Positions 8,274 to 16,929 of a DNA stretch of 22,018 nucleotides are shown here, piece after piece. Position 1 is the first letter of the stretch. The number at the start of each line of letters is the position of its first letter. The notes below the pieces were generated by a model that saw only the letters and a program-made list of their open reading frames with translations, did no database searches and was not told the origin of the DNA. The translations under genes and the position numbers were made by a program. The stretch comes from Pseudomonadota bacterium (GTDB lineage Bacteria > Bdellovibrionota_B > Oligoflexia > Oligoflexales > CAIMVM01), in contig JBAXBA010000065.1 in assembly GCA_037142195.1 (NCBI GenBank), positions 1 to 22,018 of the forward strand, given 5' to 3'.

Positions 8274-9569
8274 TTATCCGGAAACATCGGATACTGGCTC
8301 ACCTGCAAAACGCGGGTGGTCAGGCTTCAGAGTGACTTTTGTTTTAATAATGCGTCTCCTGTCGGCTTCCGTAATCTCTATGAGTAATGGACCAATATCC
8401 ACGCTTTGGCCCTTTTCCGGGATCTCCTGGGTAAGCTGAGTCACCCAGCCTCCTAAGGTGTCTATGTTTTCCGGTCGTACATCTTCATGGAGAGAGTGGA
8501 TATCCATATGGAAGAATTCCATAAACTCGTCAATATTGACCAAACCAATCACCTCAAAGACGCCTTCCCCCATCGCAACAATGCCAACTTCTTCTAAATC
8601 ATGCTCATCTTCGATTTCACCTACGATCTCTTCAAGAATATCTTCCATGGTTACAATGCCGGACGTGCCGCCGTACTCGTCTACGATGACCGCCAAGTGA
8701 CTGCGGGCGCGTTTTAAGTCCTTTAGTACTTCAGCGAGGCTTCTTGATTCTGGGGCAAACGTCACGTCTCTTAAAATATCGGCTGCTTTCGAACTAGAGG
8801 TCTTCCCCTCCACATCAAGGCGCATAATATCTTTTGCCAAAACGATACCTGTAATGTCATCGAGGTCGGCGTTATAAACGGGCAGTCTGGAGTGACCGCT
8901 CGAAACAAAGATCTTCTTGATTTCCGGAATGCTTGTGCTGGAGTGAATGGCTACCATATCTAGTCGTGGCGTCATAATCTCGCGCACTTTTGTTTCTTCA
9001 ATTTCAAAAGCACCTTCCAAAATATCTTTTTTTACATCTCCCATCATCCCCGACATGCGGCCTTCCGCCAACATAAACTCTAAACGGTCCTCGGAGCGAG
9101 ATTCCGTTTGATCTTCCTTCTTTCTCTGGCTGTTTTGAGTGGAAAGCAGGCTGGCTAGAGGCCGTCCTAAAAAAAGTATGAAACTCGCACCTACAAGCGC
9201 CGGCCCAAAAACCATAGCGGGAAATTTTCGTGCAAAGGCTTTTGGAAAGACATGACCTAAAAGGAAAAACAAGGCAATAGAGAGTCCGGACCATCTATTT
9301 AAATGATCAGGATGAGAGTGCACCTGTCCAAGGGCTACTATAATAGCTACCGCTATGCTAATCGAAAAAAGCATAGTAATAGCGATCGAATAGCGGAAAA
9401 CTGCCGAATTCTCTGCCCACTTAAGAAGGACTTTTTTTAGTTCAGGCGAAGCTTTAACTTTTATCTGAGCTAACTCATAGTCGCCGATTCGGTTGAAAGA
9501 ACTTTCAGCCGCTGAAAAAAAGCCAAATATCAAAAGAAAAACAATAAGCCAAAAAAGATCAAAAATCAT
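8274..9569 (-). CDS. Hemolysin/CorC family protein (CNNM transmembrane domain + CBS pair + CorC_HlyC)
   Basis: Motifs FFSAAESS, MTPR, GHSRLPVY, VDEYGGTSGIVTMEDILEEIVGEIEDEHD and DTLGG; ATGA overlap with ybeY. Confidence 0.95.
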   Translation of the reverse strand: MIFDLFWLIVFLLIFGFFSAAESSFNRIGDYELAQIKVKASPELKKVLLKWAENSAVFRYSIAITMLFSISIAVAIIVALGQVHSHPDHLNRWSGLSIALFFLLGHVFPKAFARKFPAMVFGPALVGASFILFLGRPLASLLSTQNSQRKKEDQTESRSEDRLEFMLAEGRMSGMMGDVKKDILEGAFEIEETKVREIMTPRLDMVAIHSSTSIPEIKKIFVSSGHSRLPVYNADLDDITGIVLAKDIMRLDVEGKTSSSKAADILRDVTFAPESRSLAEVLKDLKRARSHLAVIVDEYGGTSGIVTMEDILEEIVGEIEDEHDLEEVGIVAMGEGVFEVIGLVNIDEFMEFFHMDIHSLHEDVRPENIDTLGGWVTQLTQEIPEKGQSVDIGPLLIEITEADRRRIIKTKVTLKPDHPRFAGEPVSDVSG

Positions 9570-10078
9570 ATTCGTCTCACCTCAATCAAACCTTCCCACT
9601 CTTTTTCACTTAGTTCCTTAAGGATTAAGTTCTGTTGCTCAATCATCACAGCTTCCTGAGCTACATCTAAATGATCATGCCCACAAAGATGCAAAATACC
9701 ATGAATCAATAAAAAGCAGCCTTCCCTAGATAAGGAATGGCCTATAGACAGGGCGTTTTGTTCACAGATCTCAGGACAAATCGCAATGTCGCCTAAAACT
9801 TTATGGAAGCTATTCGAACGTATAGTATCGCCCAATCGATGGGGGGCCTGAAATTCCATTTGTGGAAAGGACAACACATCTGTGGGTTTATCTATATTTC
9901 GAAATTCTAAATTTAATTGCCGCATTTCTTCTGAGGTTAGAAATTCAAACGACAGCTCATAGTCGGCGATATTTAAAAGGGAAAGCACCCGCAGATAGAG
10001 GTGCTCTAATCTATCTTCATCAATAAAATAGGTCTCAAGGGTGTTTTTAACTACCGAGATTTTCGAAGGAGGCTCCAT
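9566..10078 (-). CDS. ybeY: rRNA maturation endoribonuclease YbeY
   Basis: Motifs LNLEFRNIDKPTDVLSFP, LGDI and the HGILHLCGHDH metal site. Confidence 0.97.
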   Translation of the reverse strand: MEPPSKISVVKNTLETYFIDEDRLEHLYLRVLSLLNIADYELSFEFLTSEEMRQLNLEFRNIDKPTDVLSFPQMEFQAPHRLGDTIRSNSFHKVLGDIAICPEICEQNALSIGHSLSREGCFLLIHGILHLCGHDHLDVAQEAVMIEQQNLILKELSEKEWEGLIEVRRI

Positions 10079-10326
10079 TAGGATTTATCCGATGTCTTGG
10101 AATGGTGCGGGGCTCTAGTGTCGGTCGAGGGATGGGTCTTTAGAGATGATAAGTCACCAACGTGAGCAGTTTTGATTTCAGACCTTTGAATTCCTTGTTC
10201 AACAAGGCAAATATCTTCAGCAAATTTTAAAAAAGAGCTTAAAGACTCCATCTTATGAGACTCTTTTGCTGCGGGTGTCTTCGGCCCTTTTACTAAACTC
10301 AATTTCGGTACCTTTGACTCGGTCAT
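10078..10326 (-). CDS. Small hypothetical protein (about 82 aa) leading the ybeY operon
   Basis: Its stop overlaps the ybeY start (TAATG). ATG 10326 has upstream AGGA/GGA, so it is preferred over the ORF-track start at 10404. Confidence 0.6.
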   Translation of the reverse strand: MTESKVPKLSLVKGPKTPAAKESHKMESLSSFLKFAEDICLVEQGIQRSEIKTAHVGDLSSLKTHPSTDTRAPHHSKTSDKS

Positions 10327-10990
10327 TCCAGTTCCTATGCTAACCTTCAGAATTCTATAGATAAAATTCCTGTTTTCCAAAATGAAAACAAAAATTCTAC
10401 ACATAGAGATTATGATTCTATCACAAAAAAAGGGAGTTAAAAACTAGTACTATCACCCAGCAGAACCGCTGTTGGAAAGGCATTTGGGAGCCCCAACAAC
10501 TCTCCCAGTTCGCCCGCGCCGATGCCCAAGTCAGTCCTAAAAGGCACCTTTAACCTCCAGCAATTGTCGAACTATTCCCCGAGACATGCCCATCCTGCCC
10601 AAGGCGCACGTCGCCAAGGATCCAGGCTTAAGCCGACGCTCCTGCAAATGGTGTCTTGACAAATGCATCTATTCTTAGATCCCTTTTCTGGCTGGTAAGG
10701 AGTTTTTCATTTAACCCGCTTCGGATCTTCCTGAAGAATAGAAAATAGAGGTTGGGAGGGGTAGCTTGAAGCACAAGCTTCGCTGCGCTTATTTTCATGG
10801 TCGTAACCTCCTCCGTTTGACTTTTCCAGAAATCGGCTGTTGGGCCTGGCGCAGAGAAAGACAATTCCTCTCGCTCAAATGGGGGGATTCTTTTCAATTG
10901 ACGGTCCAAATTTTCCTAGTAGCCCTAGCCATTTCGCTCCCTTATCTCTTCCGTGCTTAGGTGTGAAGTTATAAACGCGGTAAATATACA

Positions 10991-11068
10991 TTGCTATTTG
11001 TCAATAATTACAATATATTATACTACTTTTTTTTCCGTGTTTATGATGTGTCATTCAAACACGGAAAA
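10991..11068 (+). promoter_or_regulatory. Sigma70 promoter plus a perfect 12-bp inverted repeat upstream of ATPase 1
   Basis: TTGCTA (10991-96)-17 nt-TATATT (11014-19), followed by TTTTCCGTGTTT (11031-42)-N14-AAACACGGAAAA (11057-68) next to RBS GAGGTG. Confidence 0.6.
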
Positions 11069-11080
11069 GTAGAGGTGTCT

Positions 11081-12547
11081 ATGATAGGTCCTATTGGTCG
11101 CGCCACCGCGCTCAAAGAATTGATAGATTTTCTAGGCTCCCAAGGAGCAGCAGCAGGATTTTGCTATCTTCGGGGACGCAGAAGAGTGGGGAAGTCTACT
11201 CTTCTAACGCAATTTGCGCGAGAAAAACCTGATAGAGTCTTCTATTTTATGGGTCGTCTCGATGAAAGTTCCATGCATAGTTTGAAACGATGTGCCAAGG
11301 CATGGGATGGCTTCACCCAACAAGAACATCTGACACGCCTAAAGGCAAGTGCCCTCACATGGGACGAGGTTTTCCATGCAATTGCAGCATTCGGAAAGAA
11401 ACAGACCGCTCCCATCTTACTTGCTTTCGATGAAATTCAGTGGATAGCACGCGAAAAGAGCGGTTTCCTCGGGGCACTGAAAGAGCATTGGATTCAACTT
11501 GAGCCGCTAGAAAATCTTAGAATCCTCTTGTGCGGTTCCTCGCATAAGTTCTTCCAGCAAATGACGGGAGGAGAAGAGAAGCTCATTCGCGGTCTTAAAA
11601 CCCGCGCGGATATATGGCTGCTGCCACTAACATTATCCGAAATTAAAGAGCATTATAGATTGCCTTTCTCGGATGAGGAACTTCTGCTCTCCTATACTTT
11701 TTTTGGCGGTATCCCCTATTACTGGAATCAATTGGACCCAAGTCTATTTTTTGTCCAAAGCATCAATCGTGCGTGTTTTATATCAGGAAGCCTCTTCCTT
11801 GAAGAATATAGGGAGATGCTCAATCTCGAGTTTCAAAAGAACAGCATCCGAACTCTTACCCAAATTCTAGAGCATGTAAGGGGCAATGGAGTTACAGCGG
11901 CTCATATCATAGAAAAGTCTCGGCTTGCCCACTCCACGGTCAGCGATCTCTTGGATAAACTAGAAAATTACAACCTTGTTTTTCGCAAGTCTCCGCTATT
12001 TTCAAAACCCAAGCAAATTCAGCGAGGGTCCCTCTACTACATCAAAGACTTTTATTTGAATTTCTACTTCCGGGTAATCGCTAGAAGCCGCAGTAAGATT
12101 ATTCGAAATCGGACAGACGCCCAACTCTTTAGTCAAATTTTGGATTCCTCCCCGAAGCAACTTTTTATAAATGATTACACAGGACCCATGTTTGAACAGC
12201 TAGTTCAGCATATCCTTGAAAACAGCGTCTCTCGAAGCGAACCCATTTTCGAAAAACTTAATTTGAAGCAGATAGAATTCGAAGTGGGATTTCATTGGGA
12301 TAAGTCTTCTCCGTTTGATCTTATTCTACACAATACGTCTGACCGGGTTTTTCGCTTCGTTGAGTGTAAGTGGACAAAAGACCCAGCACAGTTAACGCAA
12401 TGTATTGAGTCTTTCCAGCATCGCACAGAGAGATTTGACGTTAATATCCAGAAGGTTCTTTGCCTCAACCATGAACCGGGAGCGGCGATATTTAATAAGG
12501 CAAAAAACCATGGCGTCGTGATTGTCACGCCAAGTGATCTCATTTGA
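11081..12547 (+). CDS. ATPase_2 / DUF234-type P-loop ATPase with winged helix and C-terminal PD-(D/E)XK-like domain
   Basis: Walker A GRRRVGKS, Walker B LLAFDEIQW, LCGSS, GGIPYY, wHTH TAAHIIEKSRLAHSTVSDLLDKL and FDLIL...FVECKW. Start ATG 11081 follows GAGGTG. Confidence 0.88.
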   Translation: MIGPIGRATALKELIDFLGSQGAAAGFCYLRGRRRVGKSTLLTQFAREKPDRVFYFMGRLDESSMHSLKRCAKAWDGFTQQEHLTRLKASALTWDEVFHAIAAFGKKQTAPILLAFDEIQWIAREKSGFLGALKEHWIQLEPLENLRILLCGSSHKFFQQMTGGEEKLIRGLKTRADIWLLPLTLSEIKEHYRLPFSDEELLLSYTFFGGIPYYWNQLDPSLFFVQSINRACFISGSLFLEEYREMLNLEFQKNSIRTLTQILEHVRGNGVTAAHIIEKSRLAHSTVSDLLDKLENYNLVFRKSPLFSKPKQIQRGSLYYIKDFYLNFYFRVIARSRSKIIRNRTDAQLFSQILDSSPKQLFINDYTGPMFEQLVQHILENSVSRSEPIFEKLNLKQIEFEVGFHWDKSSPFDLILHNTSDRVFRFVECKWTKDPAQLTQCIESFQHRTERFDVNIQKVLCLNHEPGAAIFNKAKNHGVVIVTPSDLI

Positions 12548-12700
12548 ATGGAAGTATACCTTTCCAGGTCAAGGAGGCAGCGCAGCATAGGAAGTTACTT
12601 GAAAATACTGACGATTTGCGCTTCGTGGGTCTGCAGCTGGTAATGGGCTTATGCTAGGATTCACGTGCTAAGAAAAAACACCTAAATCCATATTTAAACT

Positions 12701-13402
12701 CTAGCGTATCCATACCTTTTCAAAGATAGGCTTTCCTTCACCTGAAAATTTCTTCTCAAATTTGGTTTTGATTTCAAATTTGCACAGCTCAGGCCATTCG
12801 GCAGCCTCTTTCCAACCAGCTTTAGACATAAATGACAGTGCGCTTTCAAAGTAGTTTTGGCTGTCAGTTTTAAACCAAAAGAAGCCGCTCTCGGCCACTT
12901 TCTTATGTAAAAGTGCACAGTATTCCGGCGTGAGTAGTCGGTTGTGGTGTTGGCTTTTCTTCTTTTCCCAAGGGTCTGGAAAAAACAAGATAACACCGTC
13001 CAGCTCTTGGTCCACAAATAGAAGATCGAGTGTTTTAGCATTGGCGTAGGCTGCCATGATATTCTTTAAACCAAGGGATTGAGCACGCTCTGCAGCAGTG
13101 ACCACACGTTTAAACGTAATATCAAGACCCACGAAGCGAGTATCTGGGAAGGAAAGCCCAAGGGCCGTTAATGCATCCCCTAAATGGCAGCCTATTTCCA
13201 AGACCAGGGGTACTCTGGACATCTCAATTTTTAAGGAAAATTGCCCTCGCCAATTCCCGGGAAGATCTTTCAGATGAGGTCCGTACTTAACTGGTAGCGT
13301 TCCAGCCCGAGCTGCATCAGAAAGTTTTAACACATAAGGATTGACCTCTTTGTTCATTCTTTCTGAGATTTCGCTAAAAGGATCAAAGTGTTGAAGGGGC
13401 AT
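12701..13402 (-). CDS. trmB: tRNA (guanine-N7)-methyltransferase
   Basis: SAM motif LEIGCHLG, plus FFPDPWEKK..HHNRL, FKTD and TKFEKKF. Confidence 0.93.
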   Translation of the reverse strand: MPLQHFDPFSEISERMNKEVNPYVLKLSDAARAGTLPVKYGPHLKDLPGNWRGQFSLKIEMSRVPLVLEIGCHLGDALTALGLSFPDTRFVGLDITFKRVVTAAERAQSLGLKNIMAAYANAKTLDLLFVDQELDGVILFFPDPWEKKKSQHHNRLLTPEYCALLHKKVAESGFFWFKTDSQNYFESALSFMSKAGWKEAAEWPELCKFEIKTKFEKKFSGEGKPIFEKVWIR

Positions 13403-13423
13403 GGGTGTCCTGTGAATAAAAAG

Positions 13424-13796
13424 AAGAGCGAGTTCAACTTTAAGCCGGATTCTGTCTCACTTGCGTGGAGACTGTCATTCATCTGGGTCTACGGTTACCC
13501 GCAGCCTCAAGCGATCTACCCGGAGGAAACGTCGGGCAAACGAATCATCCCCCTGCTTGATCTTGCTTCGAATAGGGTTTGCCAAGAAGATATGTTGCCA
13601 GTCTTCTGGTGAGCTCTTACCTCACCGTTTCATCCTTACCGCTTAGGGGTTGCCCCATAAGGTGGGCGGTTTGTTTTCTGTTGCACTTTCCGTCGGGTCG
13701 CCCCGCCTGGTCGTTAACCAGTATTCTGCCCTGTGAAGTCCGGACTTTCCTCCCTTTCCTTTTGGGAAACAGCGACAGTCCATCGAACTCGCTCTT
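13424..13796 (-). ncRNA. rnpB: RNase P RNA (bacterial type A)
   Basis: Minus strand carries GAGGAAAGTCCGGAC, GAAAGTGCAACAGAAA, GAAACGGTGAGGTAAGAGCTCACC, GGCAAACCC and ACAGAATCCGGCTTA. The ends pair as P1 (AAGAGCGAGTTC / GAACTCGCTCTT). Exact ends are uncertain by a few nt. Confidence 0.97.
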
Positions 13797-13842
13797 TGCA
13801 AGCAACCTTTAGTTCCTCCTTGTGGCCTTGTCAAGTCGCCAG

Positions 13843-14169
13843 TCAGGAAGTCCTCGTGAGTTTGAGGATCGCATCTAAGCTATCGGGCTGAAGGGGATCA
13901 TTTAATGTGGCTTTATTTTTTCCCGTGAAACCGCAGCGCGTGCAGCGAAAGAGCAACACAATTCCTTTTTTGGCAGACATTTCATAGCCATAGGCTTTCA
14001 AAAGGCCATGGCAATCCGAGGCTCGATCGCCTGGAAACACATCCACATGTTTGGAAGAGAGGCATCCGGGGCAGTGATTTCTGCAGCCTGTTTTAAGCGC
14101 ACGTATAGCTAGCCCACAATACTCACAGGTAAAGGATTCGTTAATGGCAGTAAACTTAGCAGATTTCAT
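13843..14169 (-). CDS. RNHCP domain zinc-ribbon protein
   Basis: Motifs FTCEYCG, RNHCPGCLSSKHVD..PGDRA..C.G and FRCTRCG. Confidence 0.93.
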   Translation of the reverse strand: MKSAKFTAINESFTCEYCGLAIRALKTGCRNHCPGCLSSKHVDVFPGDRASDCHGLLKAYGYEMSAKKGIVLLFRCTRCGFTGKNKATLNDPLQPDSLDAILKLTRTS

Positions 14170-14370
14170 ATGGGGCCTGTCAGAAGCAGGGAGGTCGATC
14201 CTCTGTGTTAAGTTAATAGCTTTAAATAACAGCTGGTTAGCTGGATATTCGCGGGGGTCGGTAAAAAATACCGGCTAGACTCCTCAAATTCTAGGCCGTG
14301 AATCCCGATCTTCTCAACATGAGGGAAACGAGCGACTTAAGGTCGTTACTTACCAAAGGGAGCTGTCTCG

Positions 14371-15924
14371 GTGCAACGAAATTCAAGGAACATCTCAAAA
14401 ATTTTCATGCAATTCTTGCTTCTTTCCCTACTCATTCGCTGCGGGAATGCCGGCAAGGCAGGAGAAGGTAGCGATTTGCTTTCTGGAAGTGCGACTATTA
14501 AAGGGAGCATTACATCAGAATCAGGAGGCCAGGGAGATCTCTCTGGTTGGAATTTGTGTCTCTTAGATCGAGACTTTAGTTATTGTCGGACCGCTGCGGT
14601 AGACTCTGCGGGATTGTTTTCATTTAAAGGAGTGGATACAGGTCGTGTCTATTCCTTAGTGCTCATGTCTCCTTCTCTCATCTTTAGCGCCATTCTAGCT
14701 GTTCCTTCTTCGGAGAAGACAGGCTATTTATCTCAATATTTTAAAATTTCTTCTTCGAATTTACCGCGCATCATATACAAGGGCGCGACCCTCTCCTTTC
14801 AAAATACGAGTGGCATCACCTTTGAAAAAGGTGTTGTTAAAGATTCGGACGCCGATGGGGTGCCAGATGGAATGACTTCCGGGCAATTCAGTTTAGAGAA
14901 TTCCCATCCCTCGCTCCAAAATCAACTAGGCTTGTACGGACACGTGAACGGCGACCTTGATTCTACATCTGGCGTGCCGACAGCTGGATTTAACCTAGCA
15001 GCTAACTCAGCTACCATCGATACGGATCGTGATGGAACTCCCAATCAAAAAGATTCTGATATCGATGGCGATGGAATTCCCAACGTTTTTGACGCAGATG
15101 ACGATGGAGATGGGGTTTTAGATATTTTGGACCGAGATGCTAACGGTGATTTGATTAATGATGCCACAGGAATTTTGGGGGATGGGTACTTTGGAATTGG
15201 CGTAGAATGGATAGCCGTTAATTATTCACTCGCGAAACAAGATGACAATTCCACGAAAAAGCTTTTAACAGTTGTTGCAAAAGTCAGAAGTGGGGTTAAT
15301 CCATCGGCTGTTCAAATCAGGGCTCCAAATACTCTCATTAAAAACGCAACTGTCGATGTTATTTCAAGTACAGGAACTACGAGTTCTGCGGCATTTGATG
15401 GGCTATTGATGGATGATGGCAAAAACGGTGACGGTGCGGCTAATGACGGATTCTTTGCCAGAACCATAACGTTACCATCGACTGCTGTCACAGTAAGAAA
15501 TATGGTCATTTTGGTGCAACTGAGATTTGGCTCTGATGCGGATGCCAAGTATATGGAATTTCCCTATACCTTTCCACCTATCACCCTTGGAACGGTGACA
15601 GCTCTTCATTCTGGGTCTTCAACACTCGGTACATTCCAGTGCTGCTCAGGAAACCCTTTTGGATCGTCAGTCACGGATTATAGTTGGTCGGTAAAGATCT
15701 TTGATTCCTCTAAAAAGCTATTCTATTCCTCTCCTGCTCAAGCGGGAGCGTCAGCAGCTTCGACTTACACGATGCCCACAGGAATTTGGGAAAATCTTGT
15801 TAGTTTGGCGGCGGCAGGGGAAAAGTTTACCTATAAAATCTCAGCAAGTCTTTTTGATCGCATTCCGGGGTACCCACCCTTTAATATTCAAACGAAAAGT
15901 GAAGATGTAGTGACGGGGAATTAA
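14371..15924 (+). CDS. Secreted lipoprotein with thrombospondin type-3-like Ca-binding repeats and a choice-of-anchor-X-like motif
   Basis: GTG after AGGGAG and hydrophobic signal ending LIR-C. Tandem DxDxDG repeats (DTDRDGTPN, DIDGDGIPN, DDDGDGVLD) and LMDDGKNGDGAANDGFF; beta-rich flanking domains. Confidence 0.75.
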   Translation: MQRNSRNISKIFMQFLLLSLLIRCGNAGKAGEGSDLLSGSATIKGSITSESGGQGDLSGWNLCLLDRDFSYCRTAAVDSAGLFSFKGVDTGRVYSLVLMSPSLIFSAILAVPSSEKTGYLSQYFKISSSNLPRIIYKGATLSFQNTSGITFEKGVVKDSDADGVPDGMTSGQFSLENSHPSLQNQLGLYGHVNGDLDSTSGVPTAGFNLAANSATIDTDRDGTPNQKDSDIDGDGIPNVFDADDDGDGVLDILDRDANGDLINDATGILGDGYFGIGVEWIAVNYSLAKQDDNSTKKLLTVVAKVRSGVNPSAVQIRAPNTLIKNATVDVISSTGTTSSAAFDGLLMDDGKNGDGAANDGFFARTITLPSTAVTVRNMVILVQLRFGSDADAKYMEFPYTFPPITLGTVTALHSGSSTLGTFQCCSGNPFGSSVTDYSWSVKIFDSSKKLFYSSPAQAGASAASTYTMPTGIWENLVSLAAAGEKFTYKISASLFDRIPGYPPFNIQTKSEDVVTGN

Positions 15925-15965
15925 GATTCTTGGGTTTCTGTGTCGAAGTCATCGATTCCGTAGTA

Positions 15966-16083
15966 ATTGACCTTGTCTTTCATACTGTAGAGTCATTTCA
16001 ACACAGTTGCGACAAAAGGGGGCGGAGCTTCTTGGATAGCAAGTCGTGAAGGCATTGTCCTTTTTAAAAAGGAATCACTATGA
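15966..16083 (+). pseudogene. Truncated, frameshifted minimal nucleotidyltransferase (MNT) C-terminal remnant
   Basis: Reads IDLVFHTVESFQHSCDK, then a +1 shift in AAAAGGGGG (about 16014-16022), then GGASWIASREGIVLFKKESL*. The TGA overlaps the HEPN ATG (ATGA). No room for the N-terminal GS/DxD motif because the upstream gene ends at 15924. Confidence 0.65.
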
Positions 16084-16493
16084 GCCCATCAAAACAAGAG
16101 CGTCTGTTTGAAAAAAAATATGCCGTAGATCTTATCAGAATTGCTGAAGGTGATTTTAAGTCGGCTCGATTTCTTGCCGAGGCTTCACCAAAAGACATCC
16201 GAATCGAAAATGCCTTTTACTTGTGCCAGCAGTCCCTCGCAAAATCTCTGAAGGCTGTCCTTGTTGCCAACGAAATAGCAGTTCCTCTTGTTCATGACTT
16301 AGGTTCACTTCTCAGCAGGATACCAAAAAGTTGTGAGCCTCCCTACGGCTATGAACTTCTTGATCTCAATCAATATGCTACGATTCGCAGATATGAAGAA
16401 GGCCCTTGGCATCCATCTGCTTCTGAACTAGCGGTGGTTCTTCAAAAGACTGAAGAGATGCTTCAATGGGCAAGTCTTATGGTTGGTCAATAG
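16080..16493 (+). CDS. HEPN domain protein (MNT-associated type)
   Basis: AEGDFKSARFL, FYLCQQSLAKSLKAVL, VHDLGSLL and YATIRRY match the A..Dl..A / QQa.EK.LKA / HdL..L / RY pattern of HEPN proteins. Confidence 0.88.
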   Translation: MSPSKQERLFEKKYAVDLIRIAEGDFKSARFLAEASPKDIRIENAFYLCQQSLAKSLKAVLVANEIAVPLVHDLGSLLSRIPKSCEPPYGYELLDLNQYATIRRYEEGPWHPSASELAVVLQKTEEMLQWASLMVGQ

Positions 16494-16929
16494 AAGATGG
16501 GTCATCTCAAAAAAGGGAGTTCAAAGTTTCTTCCTAAAACCCATGGCAATCTCTAGGAGGTGTCCTTTCATGAGCCAGAAGGCTCCAGAATTTTCAAGAA
16601 ATATCTATCATATTCAAATAACTCGATGGGATCGCTTTAAGAAAACATCTGAATAGGGACAATGGGAACCACTTCTTGAAGGGAAATCTCCGAATGTAGC
16701 CGTCATTCACCAAACATTCTTCATGTAAAAGACAGACAAATAATGGGATGGGGTGCCTGAGGACTAACATTTTAATTGGACAAAACCATTTTTCACAGGG
16801 TATGTCTTTTAATGTCTGGCGTGTTTTGTGTCTGCAGAAGTTCTGGAAAATATCTGCTGCTTCAAAGAGTGTCCATTGCCAAACGTGTTTTTTGGGGAGC
16901 ATTCTGCGCTTGCTCGGCGGCGATTGCAG

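Noticed and set aside
13388..13834. Five short ORFs on both strands
   Set aside because: All overlap the RNase P RNA gene.
14284..14311. Possible sigma28 promoter (TCAA...CCCGATCT) before the TSP3 lipoprotein
   Set aside because: Spacing is one base off and both boxes deviate from TAAA-N15-GCCGATAA; too weak to call.
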